DNA of 64,000 nt, from positions 212,784,001 to 212,848,000 of the forward strand of contig OZ024742.1 of NCBI GenBank assembly GCA_964016885.1, given 5' to 3'. Shown here in pieces: positions 27,525-40,109 of this stretch. Made by a program: the position numbers and the translations under genes. The notes below the pieces were generated by a model, which worked only from the letters and a program-made list of their open reading frames with translations, did not search any database and had not been told where the DNA came from. Position 1 is the first letter of the stretch. The number at the start of each line of letters is the position of its first letter. This DNA is from Eledone cirrhosa (taxonomy: Eukaryota).

Positions 27525-29700
27525 GCGTTCGCATCCCTGACAGACCGAGTGCATTATACTGAACATCTCCGATAGGTGGCCATTCACACTAACCATCGAG
27601 CAGATGCCGCGGTACATTGCACCGATCCCTCCCCTGAAAACAGCCACCATGTAGAAATAGTCGGCCCTCTCGAAGCTTTCGATTGATCCAAGTTGATCAG
27701 GGCCTCCACCCTTACTAGGTTCCTTATTTACCCTCTGTATGATATATCGTATGTGTTGAGTTGTGTAGATGGATCTGTTTGGGATGGTGCATGTCTGCAC
27801 CTCTGCAACCACACCATTGACGATAAGCGCCAACCTATTTGCCAACAACTTTGTTAAAATCTTGAACTTTGCGTTTAGCAGAGTTATAAGCATGAAGTTA
27901 TGTGATTCCCTCTGTCCTGGTCATTTCTCAGCAGCGTCACCCCCTTCTTCTGTTCACAGAACCGAGAATTTTCTCGTTCTGCTGTTAGTTGGTGCTGACA
28001 TCAACTAAGATGTCGCCGAGAAAAAACTCACTTGTAAACTTTAAGCTCGTAGCGGAGACCATCCAAACCCAGCAATTTTGGCCACGAACAACCAGCTATT
28101 ACCTCTTGTATTTCGTGGGCTATCAGTCTTCGCAGCATTGCATCCCCATTGCCGAGAGTGGCGACAGACCGTCGAGGTGGGCACAGAAGTATATCTTGTG
28201 ATCCTGCTCATCTCGAAAAACTGACCGAAGCGAAGCACAACTGAAAGGCCGCACACAGCTGCTCGGAACCGATTGGCACGCGCCCGTCATGGTTAGCAAA
28301 AGATCCAATTGTGGCTTTGTGGTTACATTGTGTCTCTACCACACGGGCTCACTTGAGAGCTTTCGTCCTTCGTGTCTTACAGCATGCGCCCTAGCTCTGT
28401 CAACGCAGCCTTCGTTTTTCGCGCTGAAGAATATGTCGAGGGTCAATCTCATCGCGAACACATCATTTGCGATTGCTTTTCCTAAATACCTCATCTAGAT
28501 TCCTGACTAGCCCCTCCCACTGTTTTTCTCCCTCCCTCTAATCCTTTGTTAAACCTTATGGATTCTATTCCAATGGCCCTTTTTACGATGAACCATAATT
28601 TGCTGTTGACGATAGTGCCCGTCAACGCCTGCTTAACTAATTCACAATTTGTAAGCTTTGCGCACCGAGAGCGACGCGCTCTGCTTTTAGTAGTCAGGTC
28701 CTTATGACCACACATTTGTGATTTCTGTTGTGCACAGTTTATGCTATTCCTATCTAAAAAAAAAAATACCCCATTTAGATACGATTTGGGTGATCCAATG
28801 TGGTTTGGCATATCCGGGAAACCCAGTCTATAACTCAGACAGTGGAAAGTATCTGAGCAGGTTTACTGCAGGTTTTCTGCACCACCCTCCTGTCTGCTAG
28901 CCCCCACACACTCCCAGCGTACATTTAAAATACCCTTCCAGTTGTTCACTTACACTAAAAAGCGGGGCATTCCTAGAAAGATCTGACGCCTGAAGAAATC
29001 TGACAGTCCTGTCCCTTTCAAGACATAGGCGGCTACTAACCTGATAGCATGACTTTCACTATTGGCCACGTCCAGCGCCACCGGCTGGGTCCAGGTAGAC
29101 GGGCCAAATCGCGAGATCCAGGCATTTCCGAAACAACTCAGAAACTCCACCTCTCGATCCCTGGCAACTTGGAGATGTGTACACCACGTAGTATTGGTGG
29201 TGGTGATAATGGTAGACGGGAAGTTGGCGTTGGTGTTGTTTGCTTTGTGGCTATTCATCTTATCCTATCCACTGTTTTTCCTTTTTACTTTTTTCCCCTC
29301 TTTTTAGAAGTTTGCAACTCACCATTTTTCTCTCCTTCGCCATACCGCCATACTACAAATCCGAGTGATCGAAATTCAGGCTTGCCATGTCCTCAAGTGT
29401 TGTGTTGTGCTTGGAGGATTCTGTTGTAGATGGTTTTGCTGTTAGTGCTGCTGCTGTTGTATTTTTCTGCTGTTGCAGCTGTTGATGGTGTGATGTGTCA
29501 GGTGTCAGCATTAATGCTTTTCACACTCCTTCTGCCTTCAAATGTATGTTGGCACCACACATATGACAATTTGACCTTCTACCCTACGCCATCACAGACT
29601 GTTGGGTGCCACCCGGCAGATTAATGAGGTCAAGGATGGCTTCTCAACTCTTTGTATTTATTTGGATCAGAAGCTCTATTCCCATGTCTGCCCATTTTTT
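27525..29700 (-). mobile_element. decayed Tx1/L1-clade LINE (ORF1 end, APE, RT start)
   Basis: AIRLVAAY..SDFFRRQIFLG, KQALTGTIVNSKLW and ITLLNAKFKILTKLLANRL..QTCTIPNRSI are collinear with ORF2 at 34976. Confidence 0.85.
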
Positions 29701-30021
29701 CTTACTTAGCTTTGAACCTGGAGCATCTCTGTTTTTTGCTCTATTTCTACTTGGACTGCTGTCACCAATCAGCAAATGTTTATTCTGGGGGCTACGTCTG
29801 TTATTTTTATCTTTGCGATCCTTATTCTGTAGTACATTGGGATAAAGGTAAGTTTTACGCTTTTAAAGTGTCAATTGAGTGTTCTCTGGCTTCTGCTACA
29901 ATTTGGAAACTTCACCTCGACTGTGTCAAATATTTTCTCTTGCGCTCTTGTTTTGATGCTCCAGGCTGGCCCAAGGCATCTTTCAATTTGGTCTTTTTTC
30001 ACTTGATGTCTATGCATCTGT

Positions 30022-30128
30022 GAAGGCGTATGGCTTAGTGGTTAGGGCGTCGGACGTGAGGTTGTTAGTTCGATTCTCAGACCGAGCTTTGCGTTGTGTC
30101 CTTGAGCAAACCGCTTTTGCTCTCATGC
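30022..30128 (+). mobile_element. tRNA-derived SINE head with CORE-like segment
   Basis: TGGCTTAGTGG A-box, AGTTCGATTCTC B-box, TGTGTCCTTGAGCAA. Confidence 0.7.
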
Positions 30129-30130
30129 TA

Positions 30131-30320
30131 GCCGCCGCCGCCGCCACCGCCGCCGCCACCGCCGCCGCCACCGCCACCGCCGTCGCCGCCGCCATCGCCG
30201 CCGCCGTCGTTGTTGTTGTTGTTGTCTTTCTTTCTTTCTTTCTTGTTGTCGTTGTTGTAGTGTATTGTTCTGGCTGTCTGCTAAGATCAAAGTACAGTTG
30301 TTGTTGTTGCTGCTGCTGCT
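30131..30320. repeat. compound (GCC)n/(GTT)n/(GCT)n microsatellite
   Basis: directly visible. Confidence 0.9.
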
Positions 30321-31038
30321 CATTAGATATTTCTAGCGGTGAATATTCAGTATTATATTTATGAGTGAGAAATGCTATTTGGCTGTTCTCTGAACGAACA
30401 ATTTTGGTCACCTTTGGCCTCAATTTTTTTTCTTTGCTCCAAAATATGGGTGTGCTTGTGTTAAACAAAGAAAAACAGATTTTGCCCACATGGGCCGAAT
30501 GTTGATAGTCGCCCTCTTTGCAGAATAAAGAGAGATGCCTTATTTAGATAAATATAACACATTTTAAACATGTCTCTAGTAAACAAGTAAAAGAAAAAAA
30601 AAGAAAAAAAAAAAAAAGAAACATACGGAACCGAAGCGATACAAGAGCAAATATAGAAAATAGTTTTTTGTTTGAAGGCAGTGTGAATTGGACGGTAAAT
30701 GTTAAAAATAATAATGTTCTTGGGATGTTACCTCGTAGTTCTTTATAGGTCGTTATATTTTGGGATAACATTTCTTGGCAGCTTAAGAGCGACAAAATAT
30801 AAACAGCTCTGAACTAGTGTCTTTTAATCTTTTGATGAAAGTATTTTATCCCGAAATATAAGAACCTATAAAGAGCTGCACGGTAATATCCAAGCATCAT
30901 TGTTATCATATTTATAATATTTAATATCCAATTCACTTTATGGTAGCCTTTAAAAAAAAACAAAAAAAATACAAAAACTATTTCTACACTTTATACAATA
31001 CTTCAAGCAAATTACAACACCCTCTTAAAAGAAAAATA

Positions 31039-31368
31039 TAATGGTTTCTGATTTAGGCACAAGGCCAACTATCTGTGGGGAGGGGAAGTCGATTAAATCT
31101 GCCCCAGTGTGTTACTGGTTCTTATTTCAACGACTCCGTAAAGATGAAAGACAAATATAACCTCGGCAGGAGTTGAATTCAGAACGTAAAGGGACAGTTT
31201 ATTATTATTATATTTCCTCTCTTATGAGAAAATATAATAGTAATGATAATAACAATAATAATAATTGTTTCTACTTTTGACACAAGGCCAGCAATTATCC
31301 CAGTGCATTACTGGTACTTTATTTTATCGACTCCGTAAGGATGAAAGGCAAAGTTAATCTCAGCGGGA
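31039..31368 (-). mobile_element. two partial family-1 SINEs
   Basis: body motifs at 31039-31197 and 31261-31368. Confidence 0.8.
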
Positions 31369-31399
31369 TGATTTCATTGGCCACAAAAACCCAAGACTT

Positions 31400-32010
31400 T
31401 GGGAACTGTACAAAGGCAAAATACATAAGAAAGCAACAAACAAGAGACTATGGATGATTTACAGAGTAAGAAGGGTATTTAGCAATAACAGTAGGGACGC
31501 ACTAATACACAAGCTATAATAAATATAATAAATAAAACAAACAGTACAGAATAAGAAAAGCACCCCCACCAAAATGCGGCAGAAACCATATTGATTCAAG
31601 ACCCCCAACAGACAAGCTCGTGTTAACCTGACATACCAATGACAATGCCATCTTCTAGTCCTTGTCACCAGCCTACAGCCACGGAATTAATGCGGCCCCA
31701 TTTAACTACACCATTTTCATCACTCATCCTCCTTTCATAAAATTTACTGGTGGACCGCACCTATCTCTCTACCCTTATCTTTCTTTTAAAGGGGTATTTG
31801 CAGAAGTTGATTAAGGACATGCTTTGGAAAGAAAAGTTCTGCCATCAAAGCTTTCAACCGTGACTATTATGTCACTTTCTCCATCATAGCCACCAGTCAT
31901 AGGATGGCTGCTCCCTTTTCCTTGCAAAGGGAAGGTATCCATTCGATCTTCACAACAGATTCAGATGACAGTCCGACCACTCTACACAGACACTGAACAA
32001 ATATGTCCCA
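31400..32010 (-). mobile_element. decayed Tx1 3' fragment (ORF2 C-terminus plus 3' UTR)
   Basis: LSSESVVKI..LVAMMEK..TFLS..SKFYER aligns with LTTENIVTI..VIAMAKE..TFLS..SKFYER of the ORF at 37356. Confidence 0.7.
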
Positions 32011-32552
32011 GATATTTTCGTTATTTTGGACAGATTGGTTTGCTGGCGGCGCCAGCTTGGCACATGTCTGGGATCTTCAAAAATTATTCATAATATACGA
32101 CCTGAAAGTCCTACATACATGCTCACCTTTGTCGTTGTTCAGGAATCTCTGTAGGTGTACCAGCCGAAGTATATGATTCCACACCATCAGTGACAACATT
32201 CCTAAACTCCTTTTTAATGGACCTTAGCAGCAGAAGGACCTCCTGATCAGTAGGATTTGTTCCATCCTCAAAAACGAAAGAGCATATGCGCCAATATGAC
32301 CAGGTGCTTCCCGTGACAAAGTACAATGATCAGATGGTAGCAGAGGCGGTGGAAGCATTTCTGAAATTGAATTTGGTCAATTTAGTTGTAGGGATTAGTT
32401 TAGCTCCTTGCATTCTGAAATGGTCTGAAAATGTCGATATGCGATAAACATAACATGTACATAAATTGTAGCTCATATCCAAATAGATGTGTGTTTTGTT
32501 AGTTTAGGGAGAAAAATATAATTATTGGGGGAGGGAGACATGCCCCCGCAAT

Positions 32553-32598
<46 letters not shown>

Positions 32599-32630
32599 AA
32601 CACACACACATACACACATACACACACACA

Positions 32631-32677
<47 letters not shown>

Positions 32678-32807
32678 GAGAGAGAGAGATAATTTAAAAA
32701 AATTAGGCTCGGTACCCGATCCTAAGGCGTTAATATATCGAATTTCTTCGCATTTGGCAAGAAACTGGTATTATACCCAATTTCTTCACCTCCTATATAT
32801 ATATATA

Positions 32808-32998
32808 TAAATCTACTACACGACAATCTCTCTTCCAATGCACCTCTCTACATCAATTACCACCAAACTATCTCCCTTTCTATATCTATCAACACCTATA
32901 TTAATCCGCTCACTCTATTCATTACCACCAAACTTTCCTCCTCTCTACATCAACCATACAACACTTTCTCTCACCCCCCTCTCTATATCAATTAACAC
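32808..32998. repeat. pyrimidine-rich ~30-bp-unit minisatellite, left part
   Basis: repeating units of the type CTCTCTAYATCAAYYAYACMAMACT. Confidence 0.8.
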
Positions 32999-33005
32999 TT
33001 GATAT

Positions 33006-33012
33006 AGACGTG
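33006..33012 (+). promoter_or_regulatory. AGACGTG downstream-promoter-like motif of a LINE internal Pol II promoter
   Basis: motif lies about 8 nt inside the element 5' end; AGACGTG is typical of LINE internal promoters. Confidence 0.5.
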
Positions 33013-33193
33013 ATTTACTTTGCTCCGGATTTTTGCGGATTGTTGTAAAAAAGAACTGAGTTTACTGATCAATTTAATAACATTGTTTGGTTTAGCCCCT
33101 TGCCTTGGCCGTCAGACGTTAAGTCAACAAATTTTCGCCCCTTTCTGGGACGAAAATTTCAATTTTCATCTAAAAACTGTAGACTTGGTGGCA

Positions 33194-34933
33194 ATGGATG
33201 CCATTTCCACCTCGCACACTGTCGTGAGTGCCACGCCCACTAAGAAAAGTGGTGGAGGGAAGCCGTCCCCCCTCGCATCATCGAAAAACGTGGAAAATAT
33301 CGAAACCGCGAAAGCAAATCCGGCAAATAATAGCAGCACCAACAACAAGAACAATGACAACAACACCACAACCAACAACTGCAACAATAGCAACACCAAT
33401 ATTACCAACAGTGACAGTAACACGAAAGACAACAACACCAAAACAACATTTGCACAGACCGTAAAAAAAAACGAACTATACACGCCAATAGACATAACAA
33501 ATGCTAAACAACTATTACAAGACGCAAAACAATTTGTGACTTTTGGTGAAAACGGTGCTTTTAGCATTAATTCTCCACAGGAATTACGTAGAGAGGCTGT
33601 CCTGAAAACCACAGTTTTATCGAACGTAACAAGAAAACCAGCGCAATTATCACAAAATGAGATTGAGCTGGTTCTAAAAGACGCAATGAAGGACTTAACC
33701 TTCATACAAAAAGGTAAACTGTTTGGTAGCATTTCGGTGCTGATGAACAACCAGTCAACAGCTGAAAAGTACTCCATAGCACCCATTGTGTCCCCCACTT
33801 CACCTTTTACCCCACATACAGGGGAAACAGGACACAAAGAATAAAAATAATGAGTATCACACCAAATGTAAACATTTGGTGGATACTATGTGGAATAATA
33901 AACTTGGACGAAGACAATATAATTTCAATAGGAAAGTGCTCCGGAGGTGTATTTGGTGGGACCACAGTAGAAGTTCTGGTGCAAATGAGCCCAGAACGAA
34001 TAGCGAATATCCCACAACGCGTGCCTCTGGACGGGCTAACTTATATAAACATTTCAGTGGAGGGAAGGCGGCCGTCATGTTTCCACTGCTTAAGCAGGGG
34101 TCACCTGAGGGCTGCCTGTCCTCAATTAACGAGTCAAAAAAAAAAAGGCTCTTCTGCCAACCCCGAACACAACACAACCACCACCACCACCACCACAACA
34201 ACAACACGGAAAAATAACAACACAAAACACTGTTCCACCCAACCCCTCCCCACCTAAAACAAATACAAAAGCAACCACAACAAAACCCCAAAATATACCC
34301 CTCCCCAACAACACGGAAGAGGACTCCGTATCAACGTCACCCAGTGACGACGAGGGAGAACCCTTTCAACAGGTGAAAAGGAAAAATAAAAGGCACCACA
34401 TTAACAAAAATGCCACAAACACACAGCCACCAGCACAAACAGAACAAACATCACAAATAAAAAAACCCACCCCTCCCCAAAACATAACACGTACTATAAA
34501 ACGCAAACACCCGCAAGAACAACAAACAAAAACAAACACAACACAACAAAAACTCTATACATACATTAACAAGAACAATAAAACGTTGATGAAAGCGATA
34601 GAAAATAACCCTTCGGTGGAAACCGAAGGGTTCACTTTCACCTACGCAGCGAACAAACCGCACCTAATGATGATTAGGGTCCCAACGGAAACATATGTAA
34701 CTTTGAAAAACAACCATCCAATGCATGTGGGGACTAACTGCACCAAACCACATAACAGCGTCCTATTGAGATGTTTCCCCACCCCCACACCAGACACCCA
34801 CACCCCACCAAACACCCTAATCCCACCACACACTGATGTCCTCACCCCACTACAAACCACCACCCCACCAAACAACCCTTCCAACACCCCCATGGAAATT
34901 GTGCAGCCTGGCCCCCAGGAGACGGAGAGGTAA
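33194..34933 (+). pseudogene. Tx1 ORF1 (gag-like nucleic-acid-binding protein), frameshifted
   Basis: three ORF pieces (33020, 33850, 34373); CFHCLSRGHLRAACP zinc knuckle; N/T/P-rich linkers. Confidence 0.85.
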
Positions 34934-34975
34934 GTAATTTCCTTTCCTCTTCCTTTTTAACTCTTCAGCACCAAC

Positions 34976-37900
34976 ATGGCCAATATAAGAGTTGGATGTG
35001 TGAATGCACGCGGCTTGGGGATGTCCTGGAAACAGGGAAAACTCTTAAATGACCTCAGGTCGCACAGAGTGGATGTAATGGTTATTTGCGAGTCCAGGAT
35101 CAGCAGCGAGCGCCAACTGGCCCCCATCTTCGACGACTTTGAGATCTACGTATCTCTCTGTCAGCCGAGGGGTGGGGGTGGGGTTGTCGTTCTGCTGCGA
35201 AAATACCTGGGTCTTGCCACACAGAAGGTACACCTGGACCCGGAGGGTCGACTGGTGGTTTTAGACGTCGGCAGTGGTGAAGGTGGAGCTTTCAGGCTGG
35301 TGGCAGCGTATGCCCCATCGGGGACACCGCGACCAGACTTCTTCCGACGCCTGGAGAATTTCCTGGGAACGTCTCGCTCCTTGCTTTTAGTGGGGGACTG
35401 GAATGGTATCCTGGATGCACGTTGGGACTATGTAGGGGCATGTCCCGATAGAGGGGGATGTAACAGCCTCAAACGATTAATCGGCCGATTTGATCTGGCC
35501 GATAGATATCGACTGGATTTTCCGACTGTGCCACGGTGGACGTGGAGTAATCGCAGTGGATCATCCAGGTCGTACCTAGATAGGTTCCTAGTTAGAAATA
35601 AGGATAGGGACATATTAAGCTGTCCACAAATGTTCATGGTTGACTATTCGGATCACAAGTTGTTGACCGGAGTGGTCAACCTTGATAGAACTCATAGACA
35701 GGGACCCGGTTACTGGAAGCTAAACTTGTCTTTACCGACAAACAAAGCTTACAGTAAGCGGATTAGCACACTAGTTAAGCAGCGTTTGACGGGGGCAATT
35801 GTCAACAGCAGGTGGTGGGGCTCTCTCAAGAGAGAAATTAGAATAGAATCGATAGGTTTTAGTCGGGAATTAGCATCAGATAGGAATAGAACTGAAAGGG
35901 AATTAACAAATAGAGTAGAAGAGGCGATTAGGAGTGGCAACGTGGCCGGCGTGCTGGCGTCAAGAACGGCCCTAGACCAGTTCTTTGATGCGAAGCACGA
36001 GGGCTGCGTTGTCAGGAGTAAAATACGTGCTCTGGGTAACGAGGGAGCCAAAGCTGTTAGCTGGGCCCGAGTGACAGAGGCAAAAAGTGGAAACAAGTCC
36101 ACGATTCGGTATTTGAAGGACCAGGATGGACGCGTGATCCTTGAACCTGAGCGGATGAGCGCGGCCTTTCAACGGCGCTTTGCACGACTGTTCGGGAGGG
36201 GCGGCGGGCCGGGTGGGGCCATGGATTTCGGTCCATGCCTCGACGGTCTGGCGCGGCTCTCGGACGGGGCGGCGAAGTCCTGCGAGAGGCCGATTTCAGC
36301 CGCTGAAATAGGGAAAGCGCTGAGCCAATGCGGCAAACGCAAATCTCCGGGTCTCGATGGTCTACCATACGAACTTTATGTAGCGATGCCGGGCTTGTTC
36401 TCCGGTCTCCTCGAGGCGGTCTACTGCAACTGGCAACAGAACGGGAGAATTCCCAGTTCTGTGACCAAGGGCGTAGTCACGCTGGTGAGGAAGGACGAGA
36501 ACAAGGGGGATGACATAGATAACTTCAGGCCCATAACTCTGCTAAACACAGAGTTAAAGATTTTGGCCAAGGTGTTAGCGAAGAGGTTGGCGCTTGTCGT
36601 CGGGAACCTGGTGGAAGAAGCGCAGACATGCGCAATCCCGTCCAGGTCCATACACGACAACCTCCACCTCATGCGATACATCGTAGAGAGGGTAGGGAAC
36701 GAACCCGGCTTTGGTGGGGCCCTGATCAACTTGGATCAATCTAAAGCGTTCGATAGGGTTGACCATCGGTACCTGGATGCGGTGCTCGCGGCGGCAGGCT
36801 TCGGACCCGTTTTCAGGGGCTGGATTGCTGCAATGCACAGCAGCAACACCTGCTCGAGGGTCAAGGTGAACGGCTACTTCTCGGAGCCGTTCCAAATCAC
36901 GCGATCCATTCGACAGGGATTCCCTCTCTCCTCCCTCCTGTATGTGCTGGCTCTCGAGCCACTACTGAGGAAGCTGGAGCTGTTGCAGGGCATCCCCTTG
37001 GAACTGGGATTGCGGAAAGCGGTGTCGCCCTACGCCGATGACGTGACAGTAATGGTGTCGTGCGCCTCGGAAATCGGGCAGATCGGCACATTACTGGAGG
37101 AATATGAAAGGTTCACAGGAGCCAAGCTGAACCGGGACAAGTCCGTCGGTTTGCAACTCGGGACGTGGAGGGGCAAAACGATGCCCTCTGACGGCATCGT
37201 CGGACGCTGGACGGAGGGACCGGTCAAGCTGCTCGGGGTCTGGTTCGGACCGGACCTCCAGGTGGAGAAAAACTGGGACGAGGTAACGAGCAAGGTGTTT
37301 GCACTCGCCCAGAAGTGGGCCGAGTGCAAACTATCCCTGAAAGGTCGAAGCGGAGGTGGAGAACGCTTATATAGCGTCCGTCATCTACTACCGCTTGACC
37401 ATCGTGCCTTGCCCAGAGAAAACACTCGCCAAAATGGAGCGCGCGCTCTTCCGATTTCTTTGGAAGAAGCGGGCTCCTTTGGTGAGAAGATCCATCTGCT
37501 GTCAACACCCTTCGAACGGAGGGCTGGGGATGCCGTGGCTGACGATGCGTAGACACACATTAAGGCTACGGCACCTCCAGGTATTCCTCACCGGTCAGCC
37601 GGTGTGGGCCCTGTTTGTGAGGCGAGCCTTTCCGAGACTCGTCTCACTCACCGAGCTGCAATCCTGGGTCAAGCAAAGACCGAGAAAAATGGGCGACTGG
37701 CACATTGAATGTGCCCAGGCGCTCACGGCCCTCTGGCAAGCGGATCCGGCAATCAGTGGAGACTCAACCTCAACATTCTATAGAGGGTTGGTGCGCAGTA
37801 AGTGCGACGACGCTCTCGGACAGGCTCTGGGCATGGAGGAAGACGAGCTGGCCAGTCTGTTCGGTAGGACGTTTGGCCCGGGACCGATGGACAACTTCCA

Positions 37901-38414
37901 AAAGTCCCTGGCTTGGCAATGTTACCGAGGAGCTCTACCCGTTCGGGACAAGCTCTACAGACACGGGCGCCCGGGTAGGGACCCCTCGAAGACGATCTGT
38001 CCAAGATGCGTGCGTGACGAGGAAACCGTCGCACACGCATTCGTACACTGCCCGGGCGTTGCTGACCTGTGCGGCTATGTGGAACGACTACTGTCGCGGG
38101 TGGGACCAATCCGGTTGACCACCGAGAACATTGTCACAATCAAACCGCCTCCCCCTTTCAAAAACGAAGGAGAGGCAGTTTTCCTCTGTGTGATAGCCAT
38201 GGCGAAAGAAGTTGTATGGTGGACAAGGTTGAAAGGGCTGAGGTCAGACACCTTTCTCTCCGGCCAACAACTGGTCTTTTTTTTCAAGTACCACTTTAGA
38301 AGAAGGATCAGAATGGAGAGAGAGGTGCTCTACCCCAGCAAGTTTTATGAAAGATGGGTGAAAGTAGCGAGAATGGCCCGAGTGAATGAGCCTTCTCTCT
38401 ATATCAGCCTGTAG
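34976..38414 (+). pseudogene. Tx1 ORF2 (APE endonuclease + RT + C-terminal zinc finger), one frameshift near 37350
   Basis: NARGL, GDWN, YLDRFL, SDH; KSPGLDG, NFRPITLLN, DQSKAFDRV, RQGFPLS, YADD; CPRC..EETVAHAFVHCP. Confidence 0.95.
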
Positions 38415-38655
38415 GTGAGAGAGGAGAAGAATGAGGAGAGGAAGGAAGTACCCGCTCTTTGTGCTCCTGAAGAGGAGGGTTGCACATTTTTTCGGGGGTG
38501 TGTGCGACCCATGTCAACGCCCCTCCCTATTGAGGACATCGATTGTTAAATTTAATTTGTTATATGTTTTTTACACGTCTTTTTAAATGTATGTAAACTC
38601 CCCCCCCTTTGTATTTGTTCCAATCTTTGGTGCCCTGGTGGCAAATAAATAGAAA

Positions 38656-39230
38656 TATATATCTATCAACACCTAATCCGCTCACTCTATTCATTACCAC
38701 CAAACTCTCACCCTCTCTACATCAACCATACAACACTTTCTCTCACCCCCCCTCTATATATCAATTAACACCAAACTCTCCCCCTCTCTATATCTACCAT
38801 ACAACACTCTCTGTCATTCCCTCTCACTCTATCCATCACTACCAAACTCTTCCCCTCTCTATATCTACTACACGGAACTCTCTTTCAATTCCCCTCTCTA
38901 AATCAATTAACACCAAACTCCCCCCCCCCCTCTCTACATTTATCAATATCTATCTCTATCAATCCTCCACCAAACTCTCCTCCTCTCTACATCAACCATA
39001 CATCACTCTCTTCCAACCCCACCCCTATAAATCAATTAACACCAAACTCTCCCCTCTCTACATCTACTACACGGAACTTTTTTCTAATCCTCCTCTCTAT
39101 ATGAATAAATATCAATCTATCCCCTTCTCTGTATCTAATATACAATACACTCTCCCGATCTTCCTCTCTATATCAATTACCACCAAACTCTCTCCCTCTC
39201 TATATCTATTCTATCTCTCCCATCTATCTA
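38656..39230. repeat. pyrimidine-rich minisatellite, right part
   Basis: same units as 32808-32998. Confidence 0.85.
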
Positions 39231-40109
39231 CATAACATGTACATAAACTGTAGCGTATATACAAATAGGTGTGTTTTTGGTAGTTTTGGGAGAAAAATAT
39301 AATAATTGGGGAGTGGTGCATGGCTAAAGGCCAGAGTGAGGCCCTGTTTCCATTTATCTAATGGCGTTATTTTCTCGTTATCTCAGAGAAAGCGTCCTAG
39401 TACGGACAATGCATCAAGGACTATTTTTGCCACAAACATGTTGTAGGCAATGTCTTTACTGTTCGTATATTCTAGTCGCTTGATTATCCTTTTCTTTGAT
39501 TTGCTGTTCTTCTTTACTGTTTCTTGCTAAAACGTGCAGATACTATTATACAATTCTAATTTTACTGCTTAATTAATTCGGTAAATCCCGATCCTAAAAT
39601 CTGTCTTTGCTGGCAGGGATGCAGTCAGTTTCCAGTACCCAGGCTCCTGTTTTTTTCAGTCTTGTCTAAGTTGATATGTCTTGTCTAAGTTATATATGTC
39701 ATTAATTTGTGGTCCGTGCAACCAACTATCTATAACTGTGAACAACGTATACAATGCTTATTGATTACACTAATGAATATTCTGTTTAGATATGATTTGA
39801 ATGACTTGCTGTGGTTTGGTGTGTTCGAGAAATCCATGTGGTAGCTGTCTCCTAGATGGAAATGCTTGAACACGTTGACGAGGCTTTTATTCACCTTATC
39901 CTCCTCCCGCCACGAAAGAAATGCTGCTTACAGATCTTTTTGCATGCTCACCTTATATTATAAATAAAACATAGAAAACATTATTGATTGCGGACACGAC
40001 AAAAACACAAAGATGCAATCACCTATACTCTTGGACGAAGCGTAATTGAAATTCTCAAAATCGCTATAAATGCTAGATCTGGTAATATCTGAAGGTTGCT
40101 CCTAACATA

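Larger units (their letters stand above)
32999..38655 (+). mobile_element. near full-length Tx1/L1-clade non-LTR retrotransposon, about 5.65 kb
   Basis: 5' UTR, gag-like ORF1 with zinc knuckle, ORF2 with APE, RT and CCHC, and a 3' UTR ending AAATAAATAGAAA. Confidence 0.95.

Noticed and set aside
33166-38287. Antisense and alternate-frame ORFs overlapping the Tx1 element (and the RTE at 3853-4362)
   Set aside because: They are shadows of the real retroelement ORFs and contain no recognisable motifs.
38656-39230. Periodic ~30-bp repeats as a possible CRISPR array
   Set aside because: Degenerate tandem units with no unique spacers, no cas genes, and a eukaryotic context.
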